Below are positions 44,368 through 54,684 of a stretch of 64,000 nt of DNA, piece after piece. Position 1 is the stretch's first letter. Every line of letters begins with the position of its first letter. The translations under genes were made by a program, and so were the position numbers. This DNA is from an uncultured Candidatus Micrarchaeota archaeon. GTDB taxonomy: Archaea; Micrarchaeota; Micrarchaeia; Anstonellales; Bilamarchaeaceae. The DNA lies in assembly GCA_963714085.1 (NCBI GenBank), contig OY970229.1:896001-960000 (forward strand). Reading direction: 5' to 3'. The notes beneath the pieces are model-generated. The model saw only the letters and a list, made by a program, of their open reading frames with translations, was not told the DNA's origin and searched no databases.

Positions 44368-47046
44368 ATGGAGCTGCCGGACCTCTTTTCCATGTTCAAG
44401 AAAAAGGAAAAGCCGGAGCACAAGATATACACCCAGCTGTCGCAGAGCATGATCCAGGCTTCGGAAAGCGAGGTCGCGGACGTCCTCAGGAAGGTGAAAA
44501 GCAGGACGACCGGCCTCACGCCTTCGGAAGCCAGGACCAGGCTGATGAACTATGGGGACAACCGCCCGGTCCATCAGATAAAGAAATCCAACCTGCAGAG
44601 GCTCATCGAGGCCTACAAAAACCCGCTGAACGGACTACTGACCCTGCTCGCTATCATATCCTATGCGACCGGGGACCTGGCTTCCGCAGGCATCATCGTG
44701 TTCATGGTCGTGGTCGCGGTGGTGCTCAGGTTCATCCCGGAGCTGAGGGCCGAGGAAGCTGCCGAGAAGCTCAAAGCCATGGTAAGGACGACCTCCACCG
44801 TTATCCGGGACGGGAAGCGGAAGGAGATCCCGCTCGCCAACGTAGTCCCCGGGGACGTGCTGGTGCTCTCAGCCGGGGACCTCGTCCCCGCGGACGCGCG
44901 GATAATCGAGTCCAAGGACCTTTTCGTGAACCAGTCGGCCCTGACCGGGGAGTCCATACCTTCGGAGAAGCACGCGCTCAAGCTGGGCCACGAGGTGAAG
45001 AGCCCGTTCGAACTCCAGAACATGGTCTTCCAGGGCACGAACGTGGAGAGCGGCACCGCGACCGCCGTCGTCCTGCTTACCGGAACGAACACCTATTTCG
45101 GAGCCATCGCGATGCGGGTAGTGAGCGAGCAGGGCCTCACGGAGTTCGACAGGGGGATCCAGGGATTCACGAGCCTGATGATAAAGTTCATGCTGGTGAT
45201 GGTCCCCCTCGTCTTCGTGATAAACGCCCTGAACAAGCACAACCCGTTCGAGGCGTTCCTCTTCGCGATATCGGTCGCAGTCGGCCTCACGCCTGAGATG
45301 CTGCCGATGATCGTGACCGTGAACCTGGCCAACGGGGCCACCAACATGTCGAAGAAGAAGGTGATAATCAAGAAGCTGAGCTCCATACAGAATTTCGGCG
45401 CCATAAACATGCTCTGCACGGATAAGACCGGGACTCTCACCCAGGGCAAGGTGATATTGGAGAAGCACATAGACATACACGGCCATGACGCCCACGACGT
45501 CCTGGTGTACGCCTACATGAACAGCTATTACCAGACCGGGCTCAAGAACATAATGGACCTCTCCGTCATAGACTACGGGGACAAGGAGAAGCTGGGCAAC
45601 CTGGCCAAGGGTTACAAGAAGGTGGACGAGGTCCCCTGGGATTTCAAGAGGCGCAGGATGTCCGTCGTCGTAGATGAGAATGGCAAACGCAGGATCCTGA
45701 TATGCAAGGGAGCCGTGGAAGAGGTCCTCAAAGTCTGCAAACAGACCGAATGCGACGGGAAGGTCTTCACCCCGAAAGAAAAGGACAGGGAGGTCGTGCG
45801 GCAGCTCGTCAAGGACCTCAACGACGACGGATTCCGGGTCATAGCCATCAGCTACAAGGAGACGCCGAAGGACAAATCCGTCTATTCGCTCAACGACGAG
45901 AACGACCTCACGCTGCTGGGCTTCATCGCCTTCCTGGACCCGCCCAAGGAATCCGCGAGGAAGGCCATAGTGAGCCTCAACGAGCAGGGGATCGAGGTCA
46001 AGGTATTGACGGGAGACAACGAGCTCGTCACGAACAAGATCGCCAGGGACATAAACCTGCCGGTGAAGGGCACGCTGCTGGGCAGCGACATAGAAGCAAT
46101 GGACGACGACGCGCTGGCCATAGCCGTGGAGAAGAACACGATATTCGCCAAGGTGTCCCCGATCCACAAGGAGAGGGTGATCAAGGCGCTCCAGCGCAAC
46201 AAGCACGTCGTCGGCTTCCTCGGTGACGGCATCAACGACGCCCCGGCCCTGCGCGCCGCTGACGTCGGCATATCCGTCGACAGCGCGGTGGACATCGCGA
46301 AGGAGTCCTCGGACATCATCCTCCTTGAGAAGAGCCTTCTCGTTCTGGAAGACGGGATAACCGAGGGACGGAGGGTCTTCGCCAACATAATCAAATACGC
46401 CAGGATGGCCGCAAGCTCGAATTTCGGGAACATGTTCAGCGTCCTGGGAGGGAGCATATTGCTCCCGTTCATCCCGATGAACCCGCTCCAGATACTGACC
46501 AACAACATGCTCTACGACATGTCGCAGGCTGCGATACCATCGGATAACGTGGACAAGGAATGGCTCGCCAAGCCCCGGAAGTGGAACTTCAAGGAGATCA
46601 CGAATTTCATCGTATTCATCGGCCCTATCAGCTCCATATTCGATTACACGACCTGGGGCGTGATGGTGTTCTACTTCGGGGCATGGAACAACATGCCGCT
46701 TTTCCAGACCGCGTGGTTCGTGGAATCGCTGCTTACGCAGTGCCTCATCATCCATGTCATCCGCACGAAGAAGATACCGTTCATAGAGAGCAGGGCCAGC
46801 AACCAGCTGCTGTTCGCGTCATTGGCGATATGCCTCATAGGCATCTGGCTCACGATCTCCCCGTTCGCGGCCACGTTCGGGTTCGTATCCCTGCCATTCC
46901 TGTTCTGGCCGTTCCTGCTGCTCACGCTGATATGCTACGTCGCCCTGACACAGATCGTGAAGGTCTGGTACGTGAGGAAATACGAGTCGGAAGATGCGCC
47001 TGTCGCAGCGAAACCGGTTTCCCCGGCACAAATCCTGTCAGCCTAG
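44368..47046 (+). CDS. mgtA: Mg2+-translocating P-type ATPase
   Basis: LTGES, GLTPEMLP, DKTGTLT, SYYQTGLKN, GDGINDAP, SSNFGNMFS, WFVESL. Probable start ATG 44368. Confidence 0.95.
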   Translation: MELPDLFSMFKKKEKPEHKIYTQLSQSMIQASESEVADVLRKVKSRTTGLTPSEARTRLMNYGDNRPVHQIKKSNLQRLIEAYKNPLNGLLTLLAIISYATGDLASAGIIVFMVVVAVVLRFIPELRAEEAAEKLKAMVRTTSTVIRDGKRKEIPLANVVPGDVLVLSAGDLVPADARIIESKDLFVNQSALTGESIPSEKHALKLGHEVKSPFELQNMVFQGTNVESGTATAVVLLTGTNTYFGAIAMRVVSEQGLTEFDRGIQGFTSLMIKFMLVMVPLVFVINALNKHNPFEAFLFAISVAVGLTPEMLPMIVTVNLANGATNMSKKKVIIKKLSSIQNFGAINMLCTDKTGTLTQGKVILEKHIDIHGHDAHDVLVYAYMNSYYQTGLKNIMDLSVIDYGDKEKLGNLAKGYKKVDEVPWDFKRRRMSVVVDENGKRRILICKGAVEEVLKVCKQTECDGKVFTPKEKDREVVRQLVKDLNDDGFRVIAISYKETPKDKSVYSLNDENDLTLLGFIAFLDPPKESARKAIVSLNEQGIEVKVLTGDNELVTNKIARDINLPVKGTLLGSDIEAMDDDALAIAVEKNTIFAKVSPIHKERVIKALQRNKHVVGFLGDGINDAPALRAADVGISVDSAVDIAKESSDIILLEKSLLVLEDGITEGRRVFANIIKYARMAASSNFGNMFSVLGGSILLPFIPMNPLQILTNNMLYDMSQAAIPSDNVDKEWLAKPRKWNFKEITNFIVFIGPISSIFDYTTWGVMVFYFGAWNNMPLFQTAWFVESLLTQCLIIHVIRTKKIPFIESRASNQLLFASLAICLIGIWLTISPFAATFGFVSLPFLFWPFLLLTLICYVALTQIVKVWYVRKYESEDAPVAAKPVSPAQILSA

Positions 47047-47098
47047 CCAGTTCGCGAAGAAAAGCGGATATCGAAGAAAGGAAAAAATAGAGAAGAAC

Positions 47099-47530
47099 TT
47101 ATTGGTATTTTATCTCGCCCTTCACGCCCATGAGCTGCGAGATCTCCTCGGTGTGCTCCTGCTCGTCCATGAGGTTGTGGCGGATCGCGTGCTCGAGGAG
47201 TGTGTTGTCCCTGCACAAAGGCAGTATCTGCCTGTAGATCGCAATCGCGTCCTTTTCAGCCTGCAGGTTCATCTTCAGGACCGGCTGGATCTCATCAGCT
47301 ATGCCGACCTTCTGGGGGACGGTCTCCGGGACCCCGCCCAGCATGGAGATCCTCTCCCGCAGCCTCTCGGCGTGCTTCTGCTCGTCGCCGGCTATCTCCA
47401 GCAGCCTCGCCCTCACGGGCTCGTAATCCTCGCCTGCTATGAGCTCGGCGTGAGTCTGGTACTGTATTATCGCCTGGTACTCCATTGACAGCGCCTTGTT
47501 CAACAACTCCAGCAATTTCTTATCCGCCAT
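47099..47530 (-). CDS. Ferritin-like/bacterioferritin di-iron protein
   Basis: EYQAIIQY, DEQKHAE, EKDAI..Y, DEQEH. Confidence 0.88.
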   Translation of the reverse strand: MADKKLLELLNKALSMEYQAIIQYQTHAELIAGEDYEPVRARLLEIAGDEQKHAERLRERISMLGGVPETVPQKVGIADEIQPVLKMNLQAEKDAIAIYRQILPLCRDNTLLEHAIRHNLMDEQEHTEEISQLMGVKGEIKYQ

Positions 47531-47592
47531 AAAAACCACCGTTTTTCCTATCACCGATAAGGAATAAAAAGCGCCGCTTCCCCATTATCCCC

Positions 47593-48843
47593 ATGATCCG
47601 CTTCTACGACACCGCTTCCCGCAGAGTGAGGGAGTTCCGTCCTCTCCGGAAAGGCGAGGCGCGCATCTACTCCTGCGGCCCCAGCGTCTACGACGCCCCG
47701 CATCTGGGCAACTTCCGCACCTATGTCTTCGAGGACGCGGTGAAAAGGGTGCTGCTATCTGGCGGCTACCGCGTGCGGCACATCATGAACATCACGGACA
47801 TAGAGGACAAGTCCGTGCGGGCGGCCAGGGGCAGCATGAAGCGCATGCGGACGCTCACAAGACGCAACGAAGCGGAGTTCATGCGCACCGCGTCGCGGCT
47901 CAACATGCTCCAGGCCACCAGGTACCCAAGGGCGACCGAGAACATCCGTTTCATGGAGAGGATGATAAGGAGGCTGCTCGCGAAAAAGCTCGCGTACCGC
48001 GATGGAAGAGGCAACGTGTTCATGGATGTCTCGCGCGTGCGCGGCTACGGCGCTTTCTCCCGCTCCAGCTTCGTCCACGGCCTGGACCGCCGCGTCATGA
48101 AGGACGACTACTACCAGCGGGAGGCCGGCGACTTCCTGCTCTGGAAGGCGTGGCGCAAAGGCGACGGGGACATCTTCTGGAAGACCCCGCTCGGCAAGGG
48201 CAGGCCGGGCTGGCACATAGAGTGCAGCGCGATGGGCTCGAGGTTCCTCGGAGTACCGTACGACATCCACGAGGGCGGAGCGGACAACATCTTCAGCCAC
48301 CACGAGAACGAGATCGCGCAGACGCAGGGCGCGACCGGGAAGGAGCCCGCCCGCTACTGGCTCCACTGCCGCCACCTTCTCGTGGAAGGGAAGAAGATGA
48401 GCAAGTCGCTCGGCAACTTCTACACGGTCGAGGAGATCCACAAGATGGGCTTCGGCTACGACGCGATACGCGCGCACCTCCTCGGCACCCATTATCGGAG
48501 GAGGATGGATTTCACGTTCAAGGGGCTGCGGAAGGTCGCGGAAGACCTGCGCAGGTGCAGGCGCTGCCTCTCCATAATCTGCGGATACAAATCCGGCGAA
48601 GAGAACCCGGGCGCGGACCAGCTCGCCAGGGATAGCCTCGCTTCGTTCCGCGGCCATGTTTCCGATGATTTCGACTTCCCTGCGGCCATGGATGATTTCT
48701 GCCACTACGTGCGCAGGGTGGAGAAGCTGGCGAAAAGCCGCAGGTTCGGGTCTAAGAACGCGAAGCTCGCGCGAAAGACCATGCTCGCCATGGACGAGGT
48801 GCTCGGATTCATAGTGAGAGGAGGTTTTTGCCATGGAGACTGA
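47593..48843 (+). CDS. Cysteinyl-tRNA synthetase-like protein lacking the distal anticodon-binding domain
   Basis: CGPSVY..PHLGN, GRPGWHIECSAM, HHENE, KMSKS. Ends shortly after the DALR helices at 416 aa. Confidence 0.85.
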   Translation: MIRFYDTASRRVREFRPLRKGEARIYSCGPSVYDAPHLGNFRTYVFEDAVKRVLLSGGYRVRHIMNITDIEDKSVRAARGSMKRMRTLTRRNEAEFMRTASRLNMLQATRYPRATENIRFMERMIRRLLAKKLAYRDGRGNVFMDVSRVRGYGAFSRSSFVHGLDRRVMKDDYYQREAGDFLLWKAWRKGDGDIFWKTPLGKGRPGWHIECSAMGSRFLGVPYDIHEGGADNIFSHHENEIAQTQGATGKEPARYWLHCRHLLVEGKKMSKSLGNFYTVEEIHKMGFGYDAIRAHLLGTHYRRRMDFTFKGLRKVAEDLRRCRRCLSIICGYKSGEENPGADQLARDSLASFRGHVSDDFDFPAAMDDFCHYVRRVEKLAKSRRFGSKNAKLARKTMLAMDEVLGFIVRGGFCHGD

Positions 48844-49378
48844 GAAAGCGATATATGGAAGGCGTTCAGTGCGGGATTACGAGGACAAGCCGGTTCCGGA
48901 GGATGCGGTGGAGCAGATACTCAAGGCAGGCGCCATGGCGCCCTCTGCCATGGACGCACAGCCCTGCAGGTTCACGGTCGTAACTGACCGGAAAAGGATA
49001 AAGGAGCTCTCGGACAAGGTGAAGGGCAGGCTGGGCGCGCTCGGCTCAGGTGCAAGATTCGTGGAGAGGATGAAGCTCAAGGAGGACGTGATATTCTACG
49101 GTGCGCCGCTACTCGTACTCGTCTGCGCGGAAGAGAGCAAGTGGACACCGATAGACTGCGCGCTCGCGGCCCAGAACATGATGCTGCGTGCATACGACCT
49201 GGGCCTCGGGAGCTGCTTCATAGGCTTCGCGGCTTCGCTGCAGGACGACCGCGAGACCCTCAGGAGCCTCGGCATAAAGGATTCACAGGCGCTCTATTGC
49301 CCGCTGATATTCGGCTATCCGAAGAAATGGCCTGCCCCGAAATCGCGCGAGGCGAAGGTGCAGAAGGCGACGGGCTAG
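48833..49378 (+). CDS. Nitroreductase family protein
   Basis: RRSVRDY, APSAMDAQP, AAQNMML.A..LGLGSCFIG. Confidence 0.93.
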   Translation: METEKAIYGRRSVRDYEDKPVPEDAVEQILKAGAMAPSAMDAQPCRFTVVTDRKRIKELSDKVKGRLGALGSGARFVERMKLKEDVIFYGAPLLVLVCAEESKWTPIDCALAAQNMMLRAYDLGLGSCFIGFAASLQDDRETLRSLGIKDSQALYCPLIFGYPKKWPAPKSREAKVQKATG

Positions 49379-49466
49379 TGGCAATCTGGCCTCACGGCAG
49401 GGTTCAATGGAAAGTCACGCTTATTCTTAATCATTTCAGCGCATATACATAAGATATTGTGGTTTT

Positions 49467-50276
49467 ATGCAGCTTGCGAGGAAAGATGGAAGCATCGCCT
49501 ATTCATTCGCCACCCCCTATGAGAAGGGCGCAACGCCGATTTACATCAACGTCATACCGAAATATCTCTGCCCGAACGACTGCCGCTTCTGCGGCAGGCG
49601 CGATGCGCTGGTAGACAGGCCGAACATCTATGAAAGGAAAGCGGGCACCTCCCTGTACCTGGGAAGAGCGCCGAAAGTGGAGGAAATAATCAGGGCGGTC
49701 AAGGCCATGGCGCCCGGCATGTCCCCGGAATTCGTGGGCTACGTCCCAGAAATCGCCTTTGTAGGGCTCGGCGAGCCCCTGTCGCAGTTCGACCTGGTCT
49801 GCGATACCATCCGCGCACTTAGGCGCGCAGGCCACGTGGGAAAAACGCGGGTGGATACTGACGGGCTGGTAAAATGCATGGCAGCCGGGCAATGGCCTGG
49901 GTGCACGCGCGCGGGCATAGACCCTGCGCGCGAGCTTGCTGCGGCGAACCTTAATGAAATACGGATTTCAGTGAACGAGACGAACCGGTCTGATTACGAA
50001 CTTCTTTGCAGGCCGCGCTTCGCCAACGCTTTTGAAAATATCTGCAGTTTCGTGAAAGATTGCATCTCAGCGGGCATCGATACCTCGGTGAGCTTCGTGG
50101 TGAATTTCGCCGACGAAGTCGCCAGGACGAAAAGCGCGGGCGAATACGCGGAGTTCGCCAGGTCGTGCTTCGGGCTGAGGCTGGAAAAAGTAATCATACG
50201 GGACCACATAGCCATGGATCCTAGCAGCGATCGCGTCGGTGCTAGTGGGGCGGATGCTTCGAGTGCCTCTTCTTGA
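49467..50276 (+). CDS. Radical SAM protein (resembles the TatD-associated family)
   Basis: YINV....CPNDCRFC, EIAFVGLGEP, ISVN.....Y..LCRP. Confidence 0.85.
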   Translation: MQLARKDGSIAYSFATPYEKGATPIYINVIPKYLCPNDCRFCGRRDALVDRPNIYERKAGTSLYLGRAPKVEEIIRAVKAMAPGMSPEFVGYVPEIAFVGLGEPLSQFDLVCDTIRALRRAGHVGKTRVDTDGLVKCMAAGQWPGCTRAGIDPARELAAANLNEIRISVNETNRSDYELLCRPRFANAFENICSFVKDCISAGIDTSVSFVVNFADEVARTKSAGEYAEFARSCFGLRLEKVIIRDHIAMDPSSDRVGASGADASSASS

Positions 50277-52041
50277 AGACCAGGAAATAGACCGCCGCGC
50301 ATGCGGCAGCTATGATGACGACGACCACGATGAAGATGCCGCATACGAGCAGTCCGGTCATGTCGCTCTGCACCGTCACCGTGCGGACGACCTCGTCGGC
50401 CTTGTTGCCAGAGGAATCGGAAACGTCATAGGTGATGTTGTAGACTCCTGAGGCATTCGTATCCACCTGGCCCCCGACCACTATCTTGGATGTCAGGTTG
50501 CCGTCATAGTTGTCCCAGGCCGTAGCACCGTCATCGGTGTAGTTCGAGTTGGCCTGGATCGTGACCGAGGAGTTGCCCAAAAGGGTTATCACGGGCTTGG
50601 TGGTGTCCACGACATCCACGGTCCGTGTCAGCTCCACCGCCTTGTTGCCCGCGGCATCCGTCACGTCATAGGTGACGGTGTAGCTGCCGAGCTTGCTGGT
50701 GTTCACAGGATTGTTCACGGTTATCTTGGAGGTCAGGTCCCCGTCATGCTTGTCCGTGGCCGCCGCGCCCGCGTCGCTGTAACTGGAGAACACCTGCAGA
50801 CTGACCGAAGCGTCGCCGTTGAGCGTCAGGACCGGCTTGGTGGTGTCGATCCCAGCCACCGCGTTCGACATATTGTACGCGGTGTTGCCGAGCGAGTCGC
50901 TCACCTTGTAGCAGATCCGCTTCCCGTTGTCGGATTCATTGCTGAAGGTGACGGACGCGTAGGGCACGAACGTCTGCGAGGAATCGCACGTCGAACCGGT
51001 GATGACCGCCATCGAAACTGTCCCTGACGACACGGACGCCGAGACGGTCTTGGATTGCGCCGGGGAGGCGTCCGGATTGGAGATGGTTATGCCAGGCGCC
51101 GTGGTCACCCACTGCAGCGTGAAGCTGCTGCTGCCCACATTGCCCGCCAGATCCGTCACCGTGAGTCTTATCACGTAAGTGCCGTCCTTGCTCGCGCTTA
51201 TCGTGGTGCTCGCCGAGCCAGGGCTTCCGAAGCTTATCGTTCCAGGTCCGGAACTCTGGGACCACAGATAAGACGCGATCCCGCTTCCGGAATCCGACGC
51301 CATCCCGTTCTGCGTGAATCGCGAATTCACGGTCTGGTTCGGGCCAGCGCTCACAATCGGCGGCGTGGTGTCGAGATATTGTATCCTTGAGGAGACGGCG
51401 TAATTCTTGTTGCCCACGTTGTCGATCGCCCTGAAGCAGATGTAATCGCCCTGATAGCGCGTGTCGTTGTTAGCCTCCATGGACGTGTCGTTCGTTCCGG
51501 AATTGAGGCTGCTGTCCTGCGACGAACCGCAGTTCGAGTTCGACTCCGCCACCCAGGCGGTGTTCGCCACTCCGGACTCGTTGTCCGACACGCTCGCTGT
51601 TATCGTATCCTGGTTGCTCCAGGTGCCGGTCGCATCCCTGGTTATATTGATGACCGGCGGGGTCGTGTCTATCTCCACGGTGCTGGAACCCGTGTCGCCC
51701 CAGTTGCTTGCGCTGTTCTCGCTTGCGTAGCGTATATAGGAGACCCCCTCGGTCGATACCATGATGGGCGTGCTGTAAAGAGTCCCGTTGTTTGTGGGAT
51801 CGCAGATGTTCGTCGTATCGGTGCAATACGTAGTGTTCGCGCAGTTCGAGCCTCCGGGGACGCACGTGAGCGTGACGTACACCGGATACCTTGTCCAGGT
51901 GCCGAAATTATATGCGGTGCTATTCGCAGTCCCGCTGGATGTCGTCGTCGGGTCCGTTGCGTATGAAAGCGCCGAGAACAAGATGATAGCGAGGGCAAAG
52001 AACATCAGATGTCGGGAACCGCTCGACCTCATATGCACCAT
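50242..52041 (-). CDS. Cell-surface glycoprotein with PKD/Ig-like and two DUF5011-like domains, C-terminal TM anchor
   Basis: Signal peptide; WSQSSGPG; DTTKPV.TL.G...GA.A.D..DG.LT x2; TM followed by KKRH. Confidence 0.88.
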   Translation of the reverse strand: MVHMRSSGSRHLMFFALAIILFSALSYATDPTTTSSGTANSTAYNFGTWTRYPVYVTLTCVPGGSNCANTTYCTDTTNICDPTNNGTLYSTPIMVSTEGVSYIRYASENSASNWGDTGSSTVEIDTTPPVINITRDATGTWSNQDTITASVSDNESGVANTAWVAESNSNCGSSQDSSLNSGTNDTSMEANNDTRYQGDYICFRAIDNVGNKNYAVSSRIQYLDTTPPIVSAGPNQTVNSRFTQNGMASDSGSGIASYLWSQSSGPGTISFGSPGSASTTISASKDGTYVIRLTVTDLAGNVGSSSFTLQWVTTAPGITISNPDASPAQSKTVSASVSSGTVSMAVITGSTCDSSQTFVPYASVTFSNESDNGKRICYKVSDSLGNTAYNMSNAVAGIDTTKPVLTLNGDASVSLQVFSSYSDAGAAATDKHDGDLTSKITVNNPVNTSKLGSYTVTYDVTDAAGNKAVELTRTVDVVDTTKPVITLLGNSSVTIQANSNYTDDGATAWDNYDGNLTSKIVVGGQVDTNASGVYNITYDVSDSSGNKADEVVRTVTVQSDMTGLLVCGIFIVVVVIIAAACAAVYFLVFKKRHSKHPPH

Positions 52042-52101
52042 GGTGGGCACCTCTTCGCCAGCGTGCCTGGCTCGTGTATGTTAACGTAACTTCCATATAA
52101 A

Positions 52102-52830
52102 CTAATTGGTCTTGAGGAACTCCCGCACCTTCTCGGCCGCGCGCGGCATCAGCGGCTCGCCATGCCCGCTCAGCATCGTGTCGAAATCGAGGGATGCTAT
52201 CCTCTGCATGGACTTCTTAGCCAGCTCCGGATCAAGGGTGAACCTCTCCGGCGGGCCTTCGACTCCGTCCTTGCCGACCCGCAGCGTGTCGCCCACGAAG
52301 ATTGCGCGCCGCTTCTTGTCCAGGAGCGCGATGCTTCCCGGGGTGTGGCCGGGCGTATGCATGACTAGGAGGCCTGATATATCGCTGCCATCGTCAAGTA
52401 GCGCGTCGGGCTGCACCGGCGGCGCCTTCATAATCGTGCCGACGGCCTTGATGAGCACCGCCATGGCGCCCTTTGGCATCGGCATCTGCTCCTTGCCCGA
52501 GAGGATGAGCGCCTCGCTGCGGTGCACCGCGACCTTCGCGCCGGTCGCCTCCTTCACCGCGCTGAGGCTTCCGATGTGGTCGATATGGCTGTGCGTGATG
52601 ATTATGGTTTTGACATCGTGCGGTTCCCTGCCCATCCCCTTGATGTATCTGAGGATCGCGTCGCCATTGTTCGGCATCCCGGTGTCTATCAGCGTCAGGT
52701 CCTTATCGCCGACGATGTAGCAATTCGCATTCACTCCGTCTACTCTGTGGATGCCCTTGGTGATCTCCATGGCATTGCCAATGACTTCGCAATTCCCATC
52801 AACTTTGTGGATGCCCTTTGTGACTTCCAT
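52102..52830 (-). CDS. MBL-fold metallo-hydrolase with duplicated N-terminus
   Basis: LIDTG, THSHIDHIG, HTPGHTPGS, GDT, GHG. Alternative start at 52770. Confidence 0.92.
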   Translation of the reverse strand: MEVTKGIHKVDGNCEVIGNAMEITKGIHRVDGVNANCYIVGDKDLTLIDTGMPNNGDAILRYIKGMGREPHDVKTIIITHSHIDHIGSLSAVKEATGAKVAVHRSEALILSGKEQMPMPKGAMAVLIKAVGTIMKAPPVQPDALLDDGSDISGLLVMHTPGHTPGSIALLDKKRRAIFVGDTLRVGKDGVEGPPERFTLDPELAKKSMQRIASLDFDTMLSGHGEPLMPRAAEKVREFLKTN

Positions 52831-52881
52831 GCTCCCACCACCTATCGCTAGCCCGTGCTAGAATTATATCCGTTCCGGTGA

Positions 52882-54615
52882 TTAATGCATCGCAGAAGCC
52901 CCGTGCGCGTGATGATGTCTCTTCTTCTCCTTGCCCCTCATGGACGACACGACCGCGGCGATAAGCGAGACCACCGCGCAGATGGCGAACGCCAGTTTGG
53001 TGCCGTCGATGAACGCCGGGGAGATGAGGTTGGGGAAGAACGTGGTGCCTATCACATTCTGCCTTACCGCGCTTGAAAGGTTGTTCAGTTCGGTCTGGGG
53101 CAGGAGGCTTCCCAGCGGGTTGTAGCCCAGGAATGTGGCGAACAGCATGCCTGTCGGAGGGAGATTCGACACGACTGCTGCGGCCTGGGAGCTGATGCCG
53201 GCGGTTGTCAATCCGGCGTACATGGTCGCCGGAAGGTTCGTTGCCATGCCTACGGTAAAGAGCGTGAATATGATGCTTATGCTCAGGGCGCTCGCGGCGT
53301 TCTGGAACGTCGCCCGCATGCCTGAAGCCACGCCCCGCTGGTGCGAGGGCACGGAGCTCATTATCGCGGAAGTGTTCGGAGCTGCGAACATGCCGGTCCC
53401 GGCGCCGATCAATGCGAGGACGCATGCGAATTCCCAGTAGGCGAAGTTGGCCGGCAGCAGCATGAGGCCGAAAAAGCCTATGGCCATGAGGACGCTTCCG
53501 GCTGTTGCGAGCAGACGCGGCCCGTGCTTGTCCGAGAGGTAGCCTGAAAGCGGGCCGAACACCAGGAACGCTATCGTCAGGGGGAGCAGGTATATGGCGC
53601 CCCACAGCGGCGTATCCTCGAATGCAAAGCCATGGAGCGGCAGCCATATCCCCTGGAGCCAGATGATGAGCATGAACTGCAGGCCGCCCCGCGCGAGGGA
53701 ATAGAGGAATCCCGCGGCGTTGCCTGTGGCGAACTCCGTGATGCCGAAGAGCTCCAGGTTGAAGAGGGGGTGTTTCACCCTGGTTTCGTGCCAGGCGAAG
53801 ATGCCGAGCAGCAGTATGCCCAGCAATATGCCACCGATGACGAAAGGATTGCCCCAGCCCATGGCAGAGCTGCCATATGGGATAATCCCGTATGTGATCG
53901 CCACGAGTATCGCGCTCAGCCCTCCGGCTAGCAGTACATTCCCTGCTATGTCGAGCTGCTGGTTTGGCCTGATCTCGCCCTTTTCCTTGAGCATCATGTA
54001 GCCCCAGATCGTGCCGAGGAGGCCGAACGGGACGCTGACGAAGAAGACCAGCCTCCAGGAGATCACGGCCAGGAAGCCGCCCAGCAATAGGCCTATGAAA
54101 CTGCCTGCTATGAAGGCGATCTGGTTCACTCCGAGCGCGAACCCGCGCTCGTTCGCGGGGAAGGCGTCGGTGAGGATGGCCGCGGAATTGGCGAGCAGTA
54201 TCGCGCCTCCTATCCCCTGTATCACCCTGAAGAAGATTATCTGGAGCGCAGCGGAGTTCCCGGTCCCCTGCACGAAGAACAGCAGTATCGAGCCGATGCT
54301 GAAGATGAGGAATCCGAAATTGTACATGCGCACCCTTCCGAATATGTCGGACATCCTGCCAAGGCCCACGAGGAGGACGGCAAGCACCGTGATGTAGCTC
54401 ATCAGCGTCCAGAGCAGGTAGTTTATCTCCCCGGGTGCCAGCGGATTGATGCCTATGCCGCGGAAAATGGCCGGCAGGGCGATGAGGAGTATGTTGGCGT
54501 CTATCCCCGCCATCAATGCCCCTAGCGTGGTGTTCGAGAGCGCGATCCACTTGTAGTCGAACCTCTCGATCGAGGCTAGCACTTCCCTGGTTTTCTTGGA
54601 GAACAAATCAATCAT
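52882..54615 (-). CDS. MFS transporter, 14-TM DHA2-like
   Basis: GRMSDIFGR, RVIQGIGGA, TDAFPANERG, GYLSDKHG, APNTSAIM. Confidence 0.93.
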   Translation of the reverse strand: MIDLFSKKTREVLASIERFDYKWIALSNTTLGALMAGIDANILLIALPAIFRGIGINPLAPGEINYLLWTLMSYITVLAVLLVGLGRMSDIFGRVRMYNFGFLIFSIGSILLFFVQGTGNSAALQIIFFRVIQGIGGAILLANSAAILTDAFPANERGFALGVNQIAFIAGSFIGLLLGGFLAVISWRLVFFVSVPFGLLGTIWGYMMLKEKGEIRPNQQLDIAGNVLLAGGLSAILVAITYGIIPYGSSAMGWGNPFVIGGILLGILLLGIFAWHETRVKHPLFNLELFGITEFATGNAAGFLYSLARGGLQFMLIIWLQGIWLPLHGFAFEDTPLWGAIYLLPLTIAFLVFGPLSGYLSDKHGPRLLATAGSVLMAIGFFGLMLLPANFAYWEFACVLALIGAGTGMFAAPNTSAIMSSVPSHQRGVASGMRATFQNAASALSISIIFTLFTVGMATNLPATMYAGLTTAGISSQAAAVVSNLPPTGMLFATFLGYNPLGSLLPQTELNNLSSAVRQNVIGTTFFPNLISPAFIDGTKLAFAICAVVSLIAAVVSSMRGKEKKRHHHAHGASAMH

Positions 54616-54684
54616 CCTTGTAATCGTTTAGGTATTTTGACTCGCACCAACCCGGTGCTATGGATAACTGACGGAATCACTGGT

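Noticed and set aside
44869..46755. Long antisense ORFs (628 aa here; also 27493-28911, 47755-48834, 57413-58621) and the same-strand alternative frame 52799-54550
   Set aside because: They overlap well-supported genes, lack motifs, and are expected from high GC3 codon bias.
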